Part shown: positions 26,601 to 38,600 of the stretch, piece after piece
Layout of the letters: every line of letters starts with the position of its first letter
Numbering within the stretch: the stretch's first letter is position 1
Assembly: GCF_052425735.1 (NCBI RefSeq)
Contig: NC_135761.1
Location: forward strand, 8,184,001-8,248,000
Origin: Oculina patagonica
Lineage: Eukaryota
Length of the DNA: 64,000 nt
Direction: 5' to 3'
The notes under the pieces: model-generated
Database searches by the model: none
Told to the model about the DNA's origin: nothing
The model's input: only the letters and a program-made list of their open reading frames with translations
Position numbers and translations under genes: made by a program

Positions 26601-29600
26601 GGCTCTTTGCGTTATGTGCTGACATCCCGGATGAGGGACAAAATTGGTCAAAGTCCGCACAGCAGTCTTTGAAGAACTCGCAACTGCTGTCACAGAAGCA
26701 TTGAAGCCTTTCCTCTGTTCCACCGAGTTCTCTTTCTTGCGTACATCGTCCCCTGCAGGAAAACCAGTAACTTTCACAATGCATTGTGATGTTGATATCT
26801 TCATTAGACCACAGATTTGGCACCACTTGCGTTGGCGTTGGTGTCACATTAAGGAATATGAACAGCAAGTTTGCAGTACTATTCACCACCGATGAGTTTG
26901 TCAAAATAGAACTGTTGTTACCTCGACTATCGTTCAGTAGTGCTGGGTTGATATTTCGACGCATCCTTTGGATGTTGCTCCCTGGAATTAACATTTACAC
27001 CCCCTTTCAGTGTTACATGCATAGCAGCTTTCTATCGACATCCATCTTTCGACGAGCTAAAAAAACCAGACGGATCGCAATCCGCCAATCACAGCCCACT
27101 AGCACAAACTTCTGAGCTTGTGGGCTCATTTGCAAGAAACCAACACCTGTATGCATCTGTTTTGATTGGCTCATTTCAAACAGCACGTCAAAAGACGATG
27201 TCGAAAGATGGATGTAGAGAGATAGCTATGCACGTAACACTGAGAGGGGGTGTTGTATATTCCGATGTTATTAGTACTGATGTTATTAGTACTTTGTGTT
27301 CGTTATCTTCACCACAGTTGTGTTAATTGATACTATGAGGCCAGATCCTATATCTTTTGTAATTTGTTTATAATGCAGCACCGCTTGTCAATACCATGCC
27401 ACGTATATCGTCGTTTGTTGTCTAGATTTCGCTTGTAAACTATAATTGTATTTTAAGTCATTTCTCTGATGCCTTTCAAAGTGTAGGAAAACTCAAAATA
27501 ATAGTTTCCTAACATAAAAAACAACAACAAAAAAGTAATAAAACGCGAAAACAACCAAGAATGGTTTTGACTGATAAAGATTAAGACGGATTTCGAACGA
27601 CAGACTTGAAAAACTTTGCATTTTTTTCAAGAAGTGTTGTCCGTGACGTTAACCGAAACGCGGTTTGCGAGCTGTGAACGCGTATTATTAGAGTAAACTT
27701 TCACAGAGGGTTTTAAAATTGCTGGCAGCAGATCGGAGAAATTATGCAAGAGACATAAATCAACATACTGCTGTTTACGAACAAGTCGCATTTTAGGAGG
27801 CCCTACATTTAATCAAAGGATATAAATGGTAGCCGGGAATAAAATAACCTTATCTTATTACACGAAATTTTCCTGACATAAAATTTTCGCGTTTTTCAAC
27901 TCGCGGAAATTAGAGGTGGCGAAGACAAGAAATTGGTATATTTGATGAAGGAATATTAAACAAATTTTCCAAATTCACGAAAATTAAGTGTCGCCAATTA
28001 TCCCTCTTCTAAGATCACGAAATCAAGGTAACTTTGGCTAAGTGAAATGATAAAAAAATGAAATTCGCGTTTATCACAATGAAATGGCGAAAAGGGAAGG
28101 TTAAGGCATATCAAGTCTACATACCAGCTGAAACGTGAAAATCCTTCTGCAAAACGTCGAATTGAGGTTTCTCCATCCTGTTTAGCTTGGCCATATTGTT
28201 TTCATCCGCGTTTTTCAAGTTTGGAAGATTGGCTGGACGTTCAATATGCAGCCCGAGCCGTTTTAAACAAGATTTTCCTACGCTGAAATAACTTGCTTGC
28301 TCAACATCTTTGTTTTGCTTTGGACTAGAAGAACAGAATATAAGAACTGTAAAACATTTGAATACCAGGCCGAAGAAGACAGATCTCTTTATAATCCACA
28401 TTTTCCAAAGCGAATGTGAATCTCCGCTCTCTTAGGCTGAAATAATCTGAAAGAGCCTTAATTATAAATATAAGGCTCCGCGTGGCTTCCGGAAAGAAGG
28501 ACGCGGGATAATGGATTAATTGATTGTTTTAATCTCCTACTATTAGCTAACTTCTAATTTGTATGCCATTAAGATGATGTCGTCATTCAAACTCAGCAAG
28601 GACGATAAAACCATCGTAATAAAAATAAGCTTTTTTTAATTATTATTCATTTATTATGCACATGGTATTGTAAATATACTTTCACACTTTAATTCCCCCG
28701 ATAGCGCCCCCTCCCATTTTTTTTGTACTTAAGAAATGTTTTAGTGCAAATGTCACAAGATAGGCCATTTTTTTAATGCTCAAAGGGAGTTATGCTCTGG
28801 TGTAAAAACTACAATTTCTAAGATACCAGGCTGCCTCCATTAGGAATCCACTGTCAGATTTTAATCTGTGAGAGCATATTTCCAATGGTTGCAGCAAAGT
28901 GGCTCAAGGGAGAGTCATTTGACAGTCCTACGTTAATTTTGAAACCGGCACGTGATTTGTTAAACGCCGGTTTTTATTTCCGGTAAAAAATCGACCTCTC
29001 CGGGTCCTACAGCGTATTTAAAGTTAGTGACAATATCGCCATGCCCTCCACCACTGAAGTAGATTTTGTCGACCTGACGTCATTTTGTGTGTGGTTTGAT
29101 GGGCCGCGCATAACAAGAAAAGCAAAAATCGCACTTTGGAGAAATTTTCTACCCTTCACTAGATCACTCGGAACCAAATGGACAACGAGAGGAAAGCGAA
29201 ATTACCGGAGATTACAGGGCTGGAAATTCTGTAGCGATTTGACCAATTTCACGGAAGATATTTCGCTTCGAGTGAGATGCTGTCGAAAAAAGTTTCCAGC
29301 CTTGGGAATATTTAATAAAGTACACGTGTTCAAAATTTCGCAAAGCAATAACTCGTCAAAATCACTTCAAATTGGCTCGAGGAGCTGCCAAACAAGAAAG
29401 AACACGACACAGCAACAGTGTCAATTTTATTCATAAAACGTTCGAATTTCTATATCGTAAAAGAAAACCGTTTCATTCCCATACAAATCCTTATAAATTG
29501 AGTCTTAGAGTACTCTGGCTCTTATCGTTAGCTTGGGCTGCCTGTGGATAAACAAAAGAAAATTAATTGTGAAAATTTTGTGTTGATCAACTAATTTCCT

Positions 29601-32600
29601 GTTGATGTTTTGTGTTGATATCGATATTGACCTTTGTAAGTTTTTAACGAAGATGTATTATGAAAACTTGGAGTTGTTTGCTGACTGAAAAAAGGAAACT
29701 TCATTAATACGCAGTTTGATGTTCTCACAGCCTTAAGAAGACTCAGCTCCTTGAATAAATATTACACGCACTTGGGAAGTCACTTTATTCGCAATGATTT
29801 ACAAGAAAAATTATTAATTACTTTGGTCATCATAAACAGAAAAAAAATAATCAAAATTTTGTGTTGATCACCAAATTTTCTAATGATGTTTTGTGTTGAT
29901 ATCGATATTGACTTTTGCAAGTTTTTTACGAAGATGTATTATGAAATATTGGACTTGTTTGCTGACTGGAAAAAAGGAAACTTCATTAAAGTGCCTATGA
30001 AGTGAAAATTGTCTTTGTTTAGTTATAAAATTTACCTCTTGAAATACACGATTCCAAAGTTTGAAACGCGTAGGGTTAAAACTATCAATTTTACAAGCGC
30101 TCAAAGTTGTGCCATTTTCACCTCAAAAATGGTCTTTGAATCGCGCGGTCAAAATACCACGTGATACTAATCTCTGACGTCACTTGGGTGCCTCAGATCG
30201 ATTTTACAATGGCGAGAGTGGAGAAAGCAAAGAGAAAACTGCGAGGGCGATTTTGCGTTGCTGGTGACCCTAACCAGCAAAGTTGTAAAAATCCTTCGTT
30301 CACGCCAGGTAAACGAATGCATCAGTTCCCGTCTGATCCGGCTGCGAAGGCAAAATGGGTCCAGTTTTTCACACGCACGATTTCAAAGATCCCTCCTCGA
30401 AGTACACGTCGCTTTGTTCGGCACACTTTGGAGTTCGAATGGGGCGATGCAAATTTCCCTTTCGTAAACGGTCGTTGCCATTTGAAACGGTCGATGCCAT
30501 TTCTCAGAATGGTCGTTGTCATTTGAAACGGTCGATGCCATTTCTAAAACTAGCCGAGCAGACGACAGCCCTCGTGAATAGCTCGTACGCTGTTGGCACG
30601 CTCGGACGTCACTTCCGGGCAGTGTTGTTTATAAGATGGCGGAGCAATCCACGTGCGCAAGAGTTGAGCCAGCTGAAAGAGAACGAACCCATTCTTCTTG
30701 TGCAGAAACAAAACAAAAATCAATTAAGAAGCCAACGAGGTGGAACTCCTTTATGCAGTCAGTTGCGGTGAGTTTGTTTTGTATTTCCCGAAATATTCAA
30801 TCATTTTCAGCCTGGATAAAGTGCTTGTTCAAATATTCTAAAACATGTTGTTTCCCTTACATCCTTTACATCCGATTACAAGTGATTAAGATTAAGTGAT
30901 CAGAAATATCAGTGAAAAATAAACCGCATCTAAAATTTTCGTTTATGTCATTACCAAATATCTTATCTATAAGTGTTGCACTTGTATTCGTTATTTTTGT
31001 AGGCCTTGAAATTACATTCGATATAAGCTGATATAGTTTCCTCGTACTTTGTATCATTCCACAGCCAGATGTCAAGGAACAACTTGGAAAGGGGGCAGGA
31101 ATCGGGCAGGTTTCCAAAGTGGTTGGCAATATGTGGAAGAAATTGCCGACAGACAGACGAAAGGTTAGTTATAAACTTCTAACATTGCGAATGTTTGTGT
31201 ATTAACCCTGCCCCATTTCAGTGGACTGCTATGTGGTTTACGTGGCTAACTTTGTAAGGACCGAGAGTGTAAATGTTCTCGTCAAACTTTCCAATTAAAA
31301 GTATTTTAGGTTATGAATGTTGATCTTGAATCAAGCTGGGACCTCAAGCTGAATGTCAATTTTGTAATATAATGTTCAGACTTGTTATTTTTCCAGACAG
31401 AACTCTTAAATATACCTAGGGGATAGCAAGGCCCATTATAATGTACCAATTAATTTAACCTAAATTTTAATTAGAAATAACCTACATGTGGCGGATACAG
31501 GTTTTGAGGAAAGGGAGGGGGGGGGGGGGGCAAGGGGGTATTATCCTCAAAAAATTATGATAGAGGGTGAAAAAAACTGTCTTTGCAATCTAGTTTATAT
31601 AAAAAATAGGGGGGATCAAAAATACACGATTGTTCCCTAATATATTTCCCCCCTTTTAAAATATCATGCTATGATCTTCATAGGACTGGAAAGATAAAGC
31701 ACAGAGCTTGAGGGAAGACCTTGATATGGGAATAGCAGAGATAAAAAAATGTCCAACCTGCAGCACCCAGTTCACAAGGGAGAAGGACTTCAAATACCAC
31801 CAGAAAGGTTGTCATGAGTGCATTTGCGAGGAATGCAATGAATCGTTTGACCATGAGCAAAAGCTACAGAGGCATAAAGACAAGAAACATAAAAACAGCT
31901 ACAAGTGTGATCATTGTCAAAAGACTTTTGCAGAGAAACGAAATCTTATAAGACACCAAAAGTCACATGTTTAATTAACCTATCCTGCATTTAATGATTT
32001 TAACTGGAGATGATTTGAAAGGACTATTGGATCAATCTATAATACATAATTGTTTTTGTTTTTAAATTATTATTATCGATTTTTGAAATTAATTGTGGTC
32101 ATTGCAGCACATGTACATGTTACTGTTCAAACCAAATTTTAAATCATTACAAATGTTGTGTTAGACTTTAACAGGAAAGAATGAATTAAAACTTATTTAC
32201 AATGTCAAAACCTCAATCTTTTTAATAACCTTGTTGTTCAGGGGCAGATCCAAGGAGAGAGGTTTTCAATCTAGGCAATTTGCCTTAAGTGAATTTCCCT
32301 TTATGTTAAACATTATGCGAACATTCCATTGTTTATTCACTAAGATTTCTCTGTTTTCCTATTTTTTCCTTTGCATGTGCTTTGTCTTCGATTTCATAGT
32401 ATGGGACCCAGACTTCTATGCCCACTTTCAAACAACTTCAAAACCCTTTCTGTGCACTCAGGAGAAAGGTCACGGAAATTAGAGGTCTCCAGAGTTTCAA
32501 GTGAATGGTTGTGGTCCCACTCTATGTCCACAGCACAACATCCCTCGCTGTCTATTTTGACTATCATCTGAAAGGGGCAATTGGTGTTCTTTACTCTGGC

Positions 32601-35600
32601 AGATGGATTCAAGTACAATTTCTGCTGTGGATCTTTACTTGGACTCCAGTTGCGAGTGTTGTGTTGGCATCTATAGTAGTTTTGCAACACATAGCCTGAT
32701 TGGTTCCGGGAGCGGGCGGTATTCTCCCATCCGGCCCGCTCACAGCGGGCGGTATCCGTTGCGAGATGAATCGTCGAGTGAATTTTCCGCGCGAAATCAT
32801 TTTGCAGTGTTGTACGAACGAACACATGAAAGATTTGCTCTGCAAAATCGAAATAGCTGCTCACCAACCGTTGTAAAGGTGAAAAGAAAAAATAGAAGTG
32901 GAATTAAAGGCCTCGAAGTTCTTCTAAAGGCGAGTATTCATTTCTTTATCGACAAAATCGAGTTCTAGTTTCGTAGTTTGTGGTTGTTTGTTATTTTGCA
33001 ATCATTTTCACGCCATTACGGTACGCTGAAACGGTTTTAAACTTCAATTTTGAGTAAAAAACTGCCTTTTTATCGGCCACTTTTTGCCAAAACAAAACTT
33101 TAAATGCTATCATTCAAGAAAATGTGATTCTTAATTACAAAACAGTCAAAATAATTCTCGCAATATTGTGCCGTACGTCCAAACTACGCATTTCATTCAG
33201 TTTCACTTTCGCACTGTTCATCACAAAGAAATTCTGCTGGGAATCAACGCTGAGTTTATTAATTCGTTAAAAACAAGTATGCATATCTGTACCGAAACTG
33301 TCTTTAAGTCAGATAATATTTTTTAGTCCGAGAATTACTATCCTACGAACACAATTCCTTTCAAAACATTCATCGAGAAGCCGGAATCGATTTGAAAGTG
33401 TTCAGTTTTGTCAATGATATAAATGCTTTGCCTCGATTTTACATTTATGCCATATTTACTACTTCAATTTCTTTTATTGAATCTCTTCAGTGTCAATTTA
33501 ATATGCTAAACCTTTCTGTTAGTTCGGTTCATTTAAGCGAGGCTATTTTATTCCGAATTTATAAATAACAAACAGGCAGCATTTTACACTCTTACTAATC
33601 CGTCAAACGACACAACATTGAAATGACGCGCGTATGCAAACAAAGATTTTGTGAAAAAATCTTCCTAGGTTTCTTTTAAAAACAAATAAAGTAGGAAAAA
33701 AATAAAAACGTTATTCACCAGCCTCGGTCGGTCCGTATTGGGAAAAACTGTGCCCTCGGTCTTGGTATCCAAGACCTTGGGCACAGTTTTTCCCAATACG
33801 GACCTCCCGGCTGGTGAATAACCTATATTTCTTGGCGACCTTTACGATGGCATCGACCGTCATGAGAAATGGCATCAACCGTTTTCAATGGCAACGACCG
33901 TTCTGAGAAATGGCATCGACCGTTTCAAATGGCAACGACCGTTCTGAGAAATGGCATAGACCGTTTCAAATGGCAACGACCGTTTACGAAAGGGAAATTT
34001 GCTGGGGCGATACTAAGTAAATAAATGAAGGCCGGCCTTATGCGTGCCGATTTAAAAGATCTATTCTCGAAGTACAAGTCGCTCTGTTTGGCACACTTTG
34101 GATTTCGAAATGGCCGATAGTAAATAAATGAAGGAATAGTCCGGGAGCTAGGAGCACAGAAATGATGTTTTGCACTTCAAGAGTACTGAAAAGGTTTGAC
34201 AACGGATTTCAATAGATTAAAATCTCCTCTTTCACGCTAGGTAGTTTGTGGTTTCAAATTGTGGTATACGTTTTGAGTTATAGCTATGTTTTTGTCAGTC
34301 GGTACAGGTCAAAAAAGGTCTCGCATGAGAACGAGGCTGAAATTGCCACTCAATTTATTCGTAGAAACTTATTCAATAAGAAAATTAATGTTATCCAGAT
34401 AACTGATAGGACTCTATGAAAGTCGATTTTAGGAAAAGCACCACGGCTTGCAAAGAAATCACGTGATATTTGTTCTCGTTTTGTGTGACGTGTCACAGCA
34501 TTCTCATTTCTCTGATACATAGGAACAGAAACTTTTCGCTCACGTTCACCTGCAAACCATTTGCTCTTTCAATTTGCTCTTTCCACACTAAAGAAAGGCA
34601 ATATTTTTAAAATTTATCACTTGCTGAAGTTAAAAATTTGGTGAAAGCCGTTAAAGTGGCGCCTTTTATTGGAAGCCTCCCTTTGGTGCTAAAAGGAAAA
34701 CGAACAGTGATAATAAACTTGGTTAGGAAAAAACAATATTCGATAAATTTCCCCTAACAGAAAATATCTAAAACAGTTGCTGTCGATCGGGTACAGTAGA
34801 AAATAAAGTTAAAGATCGAAATTGGTGCTTAAAAATATTCAAAGATTTTATTATACTTTGTTCTCCATTTCGTTCGTTGATGACATCAAGAATGTTACAA
34901 ATTGCAAATAACAACTAGTCACATTTTGTTCTTTAAAATGTCTCTACTCGAGAGCGTGTTTGAACTGCAAAAGTTGTTTTTAAAGGTTTGATATTCATTT
35001 CGTGTTGTTTTCACAACACGACAACACGAAGCAATGACCAAATGAGGGAGAGTGGTGGAGGGTAAAAAAAAAGAACTATTGTACACTATTAAGTGGACAT
35101 TTGGCCAAGTCACTGCAAGTGTCTTAACAGTGGTGTCCGAGATTGCACGGGCTTGGCAAAAAATTTGCGATGTAGCTGCTTGTAAACTTCCATGCACAAA
35201 CATACATTTCCTTGAAGATATCTTTTAAGAAACAAAAAATAAATGATATTTAAGACTGTTACGTTCATTACGAATCCTGCCTGCTCTATTCCCTCAGCCC
35301 TCGTACATGAAAGATGTATAAGCGACGTAGCCTCGAGATTTTTTCCAAAACTTTGAGAAGAAGATCTACTTTATGATGCAAAAATGTTCATTATAGCAAT
35401 TTTCCCCCGTGAATGTTTTGATGTGCCGAGCGTTTGCCTGGGACCGTGTTTAGTGACCTGTAGCCTCAGCTTCAGCGTTTTGACATAATTCTTCGTTTCA
35501 ATCACGACGTCCCTGACTACTTTTCAGGCACCAATACAGTAGGCACCAATACAGTGAGTAGATTGTAGCCAGCCATTTTCATTCTGGGATAAATTTTCCA

Positions 35601-38600
35601 TTACTTTACATTATTTTCTGACTTGGAGTCTGAAATAGTGACGTTTATGATGCAATGTTGAGGATATGAAAAAAAAAAAAAAAAGGATATGATGCTGTCA
35701 TACGTCGTCAAAAACCATCGAAAAACATCAAGAACAAAAATACAATGCAAAAGTTGACAAGATATTTCAGAATAAGTCTTTATGTCTCCTTATACCAGAT
35801 GCAATTTAAATACAAATTTATCAATAAGGTATAGTCAATTATTTGGTCAACAGCCGAGCTTTGTTTGCAAAGAGCGGTGAAAGGATTGTAGACCAGTCAA
35901 GTGTTGGGATAAATTTTGGCCACGCGAGGTGGCCGATTTATTGATTAAATCATACAAAGTCAAATTAACTTAATTACCAACGATTCTTGTTCGTAAAGCT
36001 CTAGCAAAGGTGAGGGTACGAGAAAAAAGGCCCAAAATAAAATTACCCAATACATCTAAATAAAGGTATACGAGGTGGAGGAAGGCTGGAGGAGGGTTGA
36101 ACTCGCAGAGTGTAAGGTCTGGAGACAAAGAGGACGAACTCAAGTAACACGCCACGTCTTATAGCTCTTAATGGAAACGAGGCTATGTACTTTTCCGAGT
36201 CAACTCGTGACTATTGCTCAATGAATTTTTATTGTTAGTTAAGTCACAAGATAGTCTTGTGACTATTGCTCAATCCGTTGTTTCACTGGACACAAAATAC
36301 ACTCTATCCCCCTCTGGTTGAACCCTGCACTGCCATTCCTCCCTAGCTGATCATTTTTGTTAAACTTTGATAGTTACATTTAATCATTAACAAAAGAAGT
36401 GGATAGGAGTCATAAACATTTTTATTTGGCGGCAACTAAATTCATTTAAAAAATTATTGTGCAGAAAGTTACTGTCAATTGTGGCTTTCGGCCCGTCATT
36501 GGGTTGCCCACAACACACTCTTACCTTGTAAAACAAACTAAGGGCTACCTGACGAAAGGAAAATAATTTTGATGTGTCTTACTAAATCAAGAACCTAAGT
36601 GGAAGATTGAATGACGTTTGTTGAAGAGACTTGCTATTCTGTTTCTTTCTTTCTGTTTCTTTTGTTTCACAACATGTTAGTCAGCCTTGCTTGGGAAGAG
36701 ATTAAGGCAGAAGCTCCTCCAGCAAAGTCCGTTCTCGGGTCTACCGTGACTCTGCTGCTTTCTACAACCATCCTAAGATTTCTTGATAAGCCTGTGTTTT
36801 AACATATTTTGCTTTCCATTATTAACATCAAAGTTTGTAGAATCGCATCCCAGGAGAGAGAAAGCATGAACTTTTCACAACTGTTTACCAAACATTGATG
36901 AAACAATTTTGTGTACTTGAGTGTATTTTGTTTGAACTTTAAACACTGTCCGGAACGACAGCTCTTGGCAGCCAATTTCCTTGCATAATAAGTACCAGTA
37001 CATTAAGGCTACATTACTCATTCAGTATCTGGCGATTGAATGGAAGCTCTCGCATTATCTTTCGCATCATCTTGGGCATCATGTTTGGCGTATGATAGAA
37101 CCCTTCTGACGGCTTTCTCGTTGTTTGAATCTAATGGTCTAATTAATTTTGGGCTTTCTCTTTTTCCGAGAAACTGCAAAATTTCTACTTTTACACTCAG
37201 TAGCAATAACAAGGTTCCTGTTTAAAGTATATTTTAAGAATCGGATTGGGAGGACACGAGATTAGTCCTTTTTTCCGGTTTTAAAATATATATACAGTAA
37301 AACCCCGCGGGTAAAAACCTAACAGTTAAGTACCTAAAATTTGGAAATTAGACCCCATTTGTATAAGAACCTATTTGGCCTCAAATTTGGAAACAAGTTG
37401 TTATTTTCTAAAATTGATTAAAATGTTTTTTGGAAGTTTGGACAAAGCATAACTGTGCGTATAAAATTATATAATGTCATTTTCTAAATGGCTAGTGCTT
37501 ATTACATAAGCACTTATGTGGTATGCAAATTTTATACAAGGAATAGGCCGAATATCACTAAAAGTTAAGCATTAAAGAAAATTTTCTTTAGAAAATAAGA
37601 ACTTATTAAGAACCTGTATTGCCTAAAATAATTTGTGTTACTACCATTTAGAAAAGAACCCGTTTCGGCTAACCTGGGAAAAATTAGGCTATTACTCGCT
37701 TCCCTGTAAATAACGTAAGGAAGTGATGTATGTGGGCCACTAATATCAATTTCAATGTTTTTTCCTCTCTTCTTTTGCTCTGCATCTTTGCCGGACGGAT
37801 ATTGGCCAATAAGGATCAAAGACAATGTTCTCCCCGCACTATTTTACTTCTTTAAGTGAGAGGTAACACTATTGAAGTGCTTTGAGGCAAGCGTACCAAA
37901 TGTTATTACTGCGGACGATTGGGGGCTTAAAGTAAGCTATACCGCCAACCAAGTAAGAGCCTAGTTTTGCTTGTCATATTGGAAGGCTTGGTTATACCTT
38001 CCTCTAACCCCCCCCCCCCGGGCCCCTCCCAACCACCACCCCTGCCCCTCACAAAAAAGGGAAGTGACCAGTGTTTTTGCGATCATTGCATTATATTCTG
38101 CCGCGAGAAAGCCTACACAAGGTTTCTATTACACACCAAACATGATTCGAAAGATGGTGCGAGCGCTGCGGTACTTTAAACACTTATGTGCTGCCCAGTT
38201 AGGAGCTCGATTCGTGAGAAAACAACAAGTTTTGGTCCCTCAGTAAAGCTCAAAAAAGATGCCATGCCGTCTCTTCCTGTTGAATTCTGTGAGGCGACTT
38301 GAATTGCAAATGAAGGCGCTGACTGGTCAGCACAGACGTGTTTTATTGCTTCTGTATTTAAGTGGGAAAGTTACCATAGGACTTGGAAAATTGTTGTGGA
38401 TTGTAGTTCCCTCCTTTTATTTGCATTTCCTGGTGCTTTGAACTCTCTCGCTGTAACTGGAAACCGAAATGCTTAAACATGTTTTACGCAGAATCAAAAA
38501 CTAAGATCGTTTAGGGCGGTTAGAGAAAGCGGCAGAGGTAGACGAGAGAACAGCACACAAACCAAAGCTTTGATTAAAAGAATGTATATATCCCGAAAGA

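Larger units (their letters stand above)
30449..34002. mobile_element. Mutator-like (MULE) element with 9-bp TSD and a passenger gene
   Basis: TGGGGCGAT|GCAAATTTCCCTTTCGTAAACGGTCGTTGCC ... GGCAACGACCGTTTACGAAAGGGAAATTTGC|TGGGGCGAT; subterminal ~42-bp tandem repeats at both ends. Confidence 0.9.

Noticed and set aside
24716-27115. Plus-strand ORFs conserved in both duplicates
   Set aside because: Antisense shadows of the 7TM receptor; conservation reflects the recent duplication.
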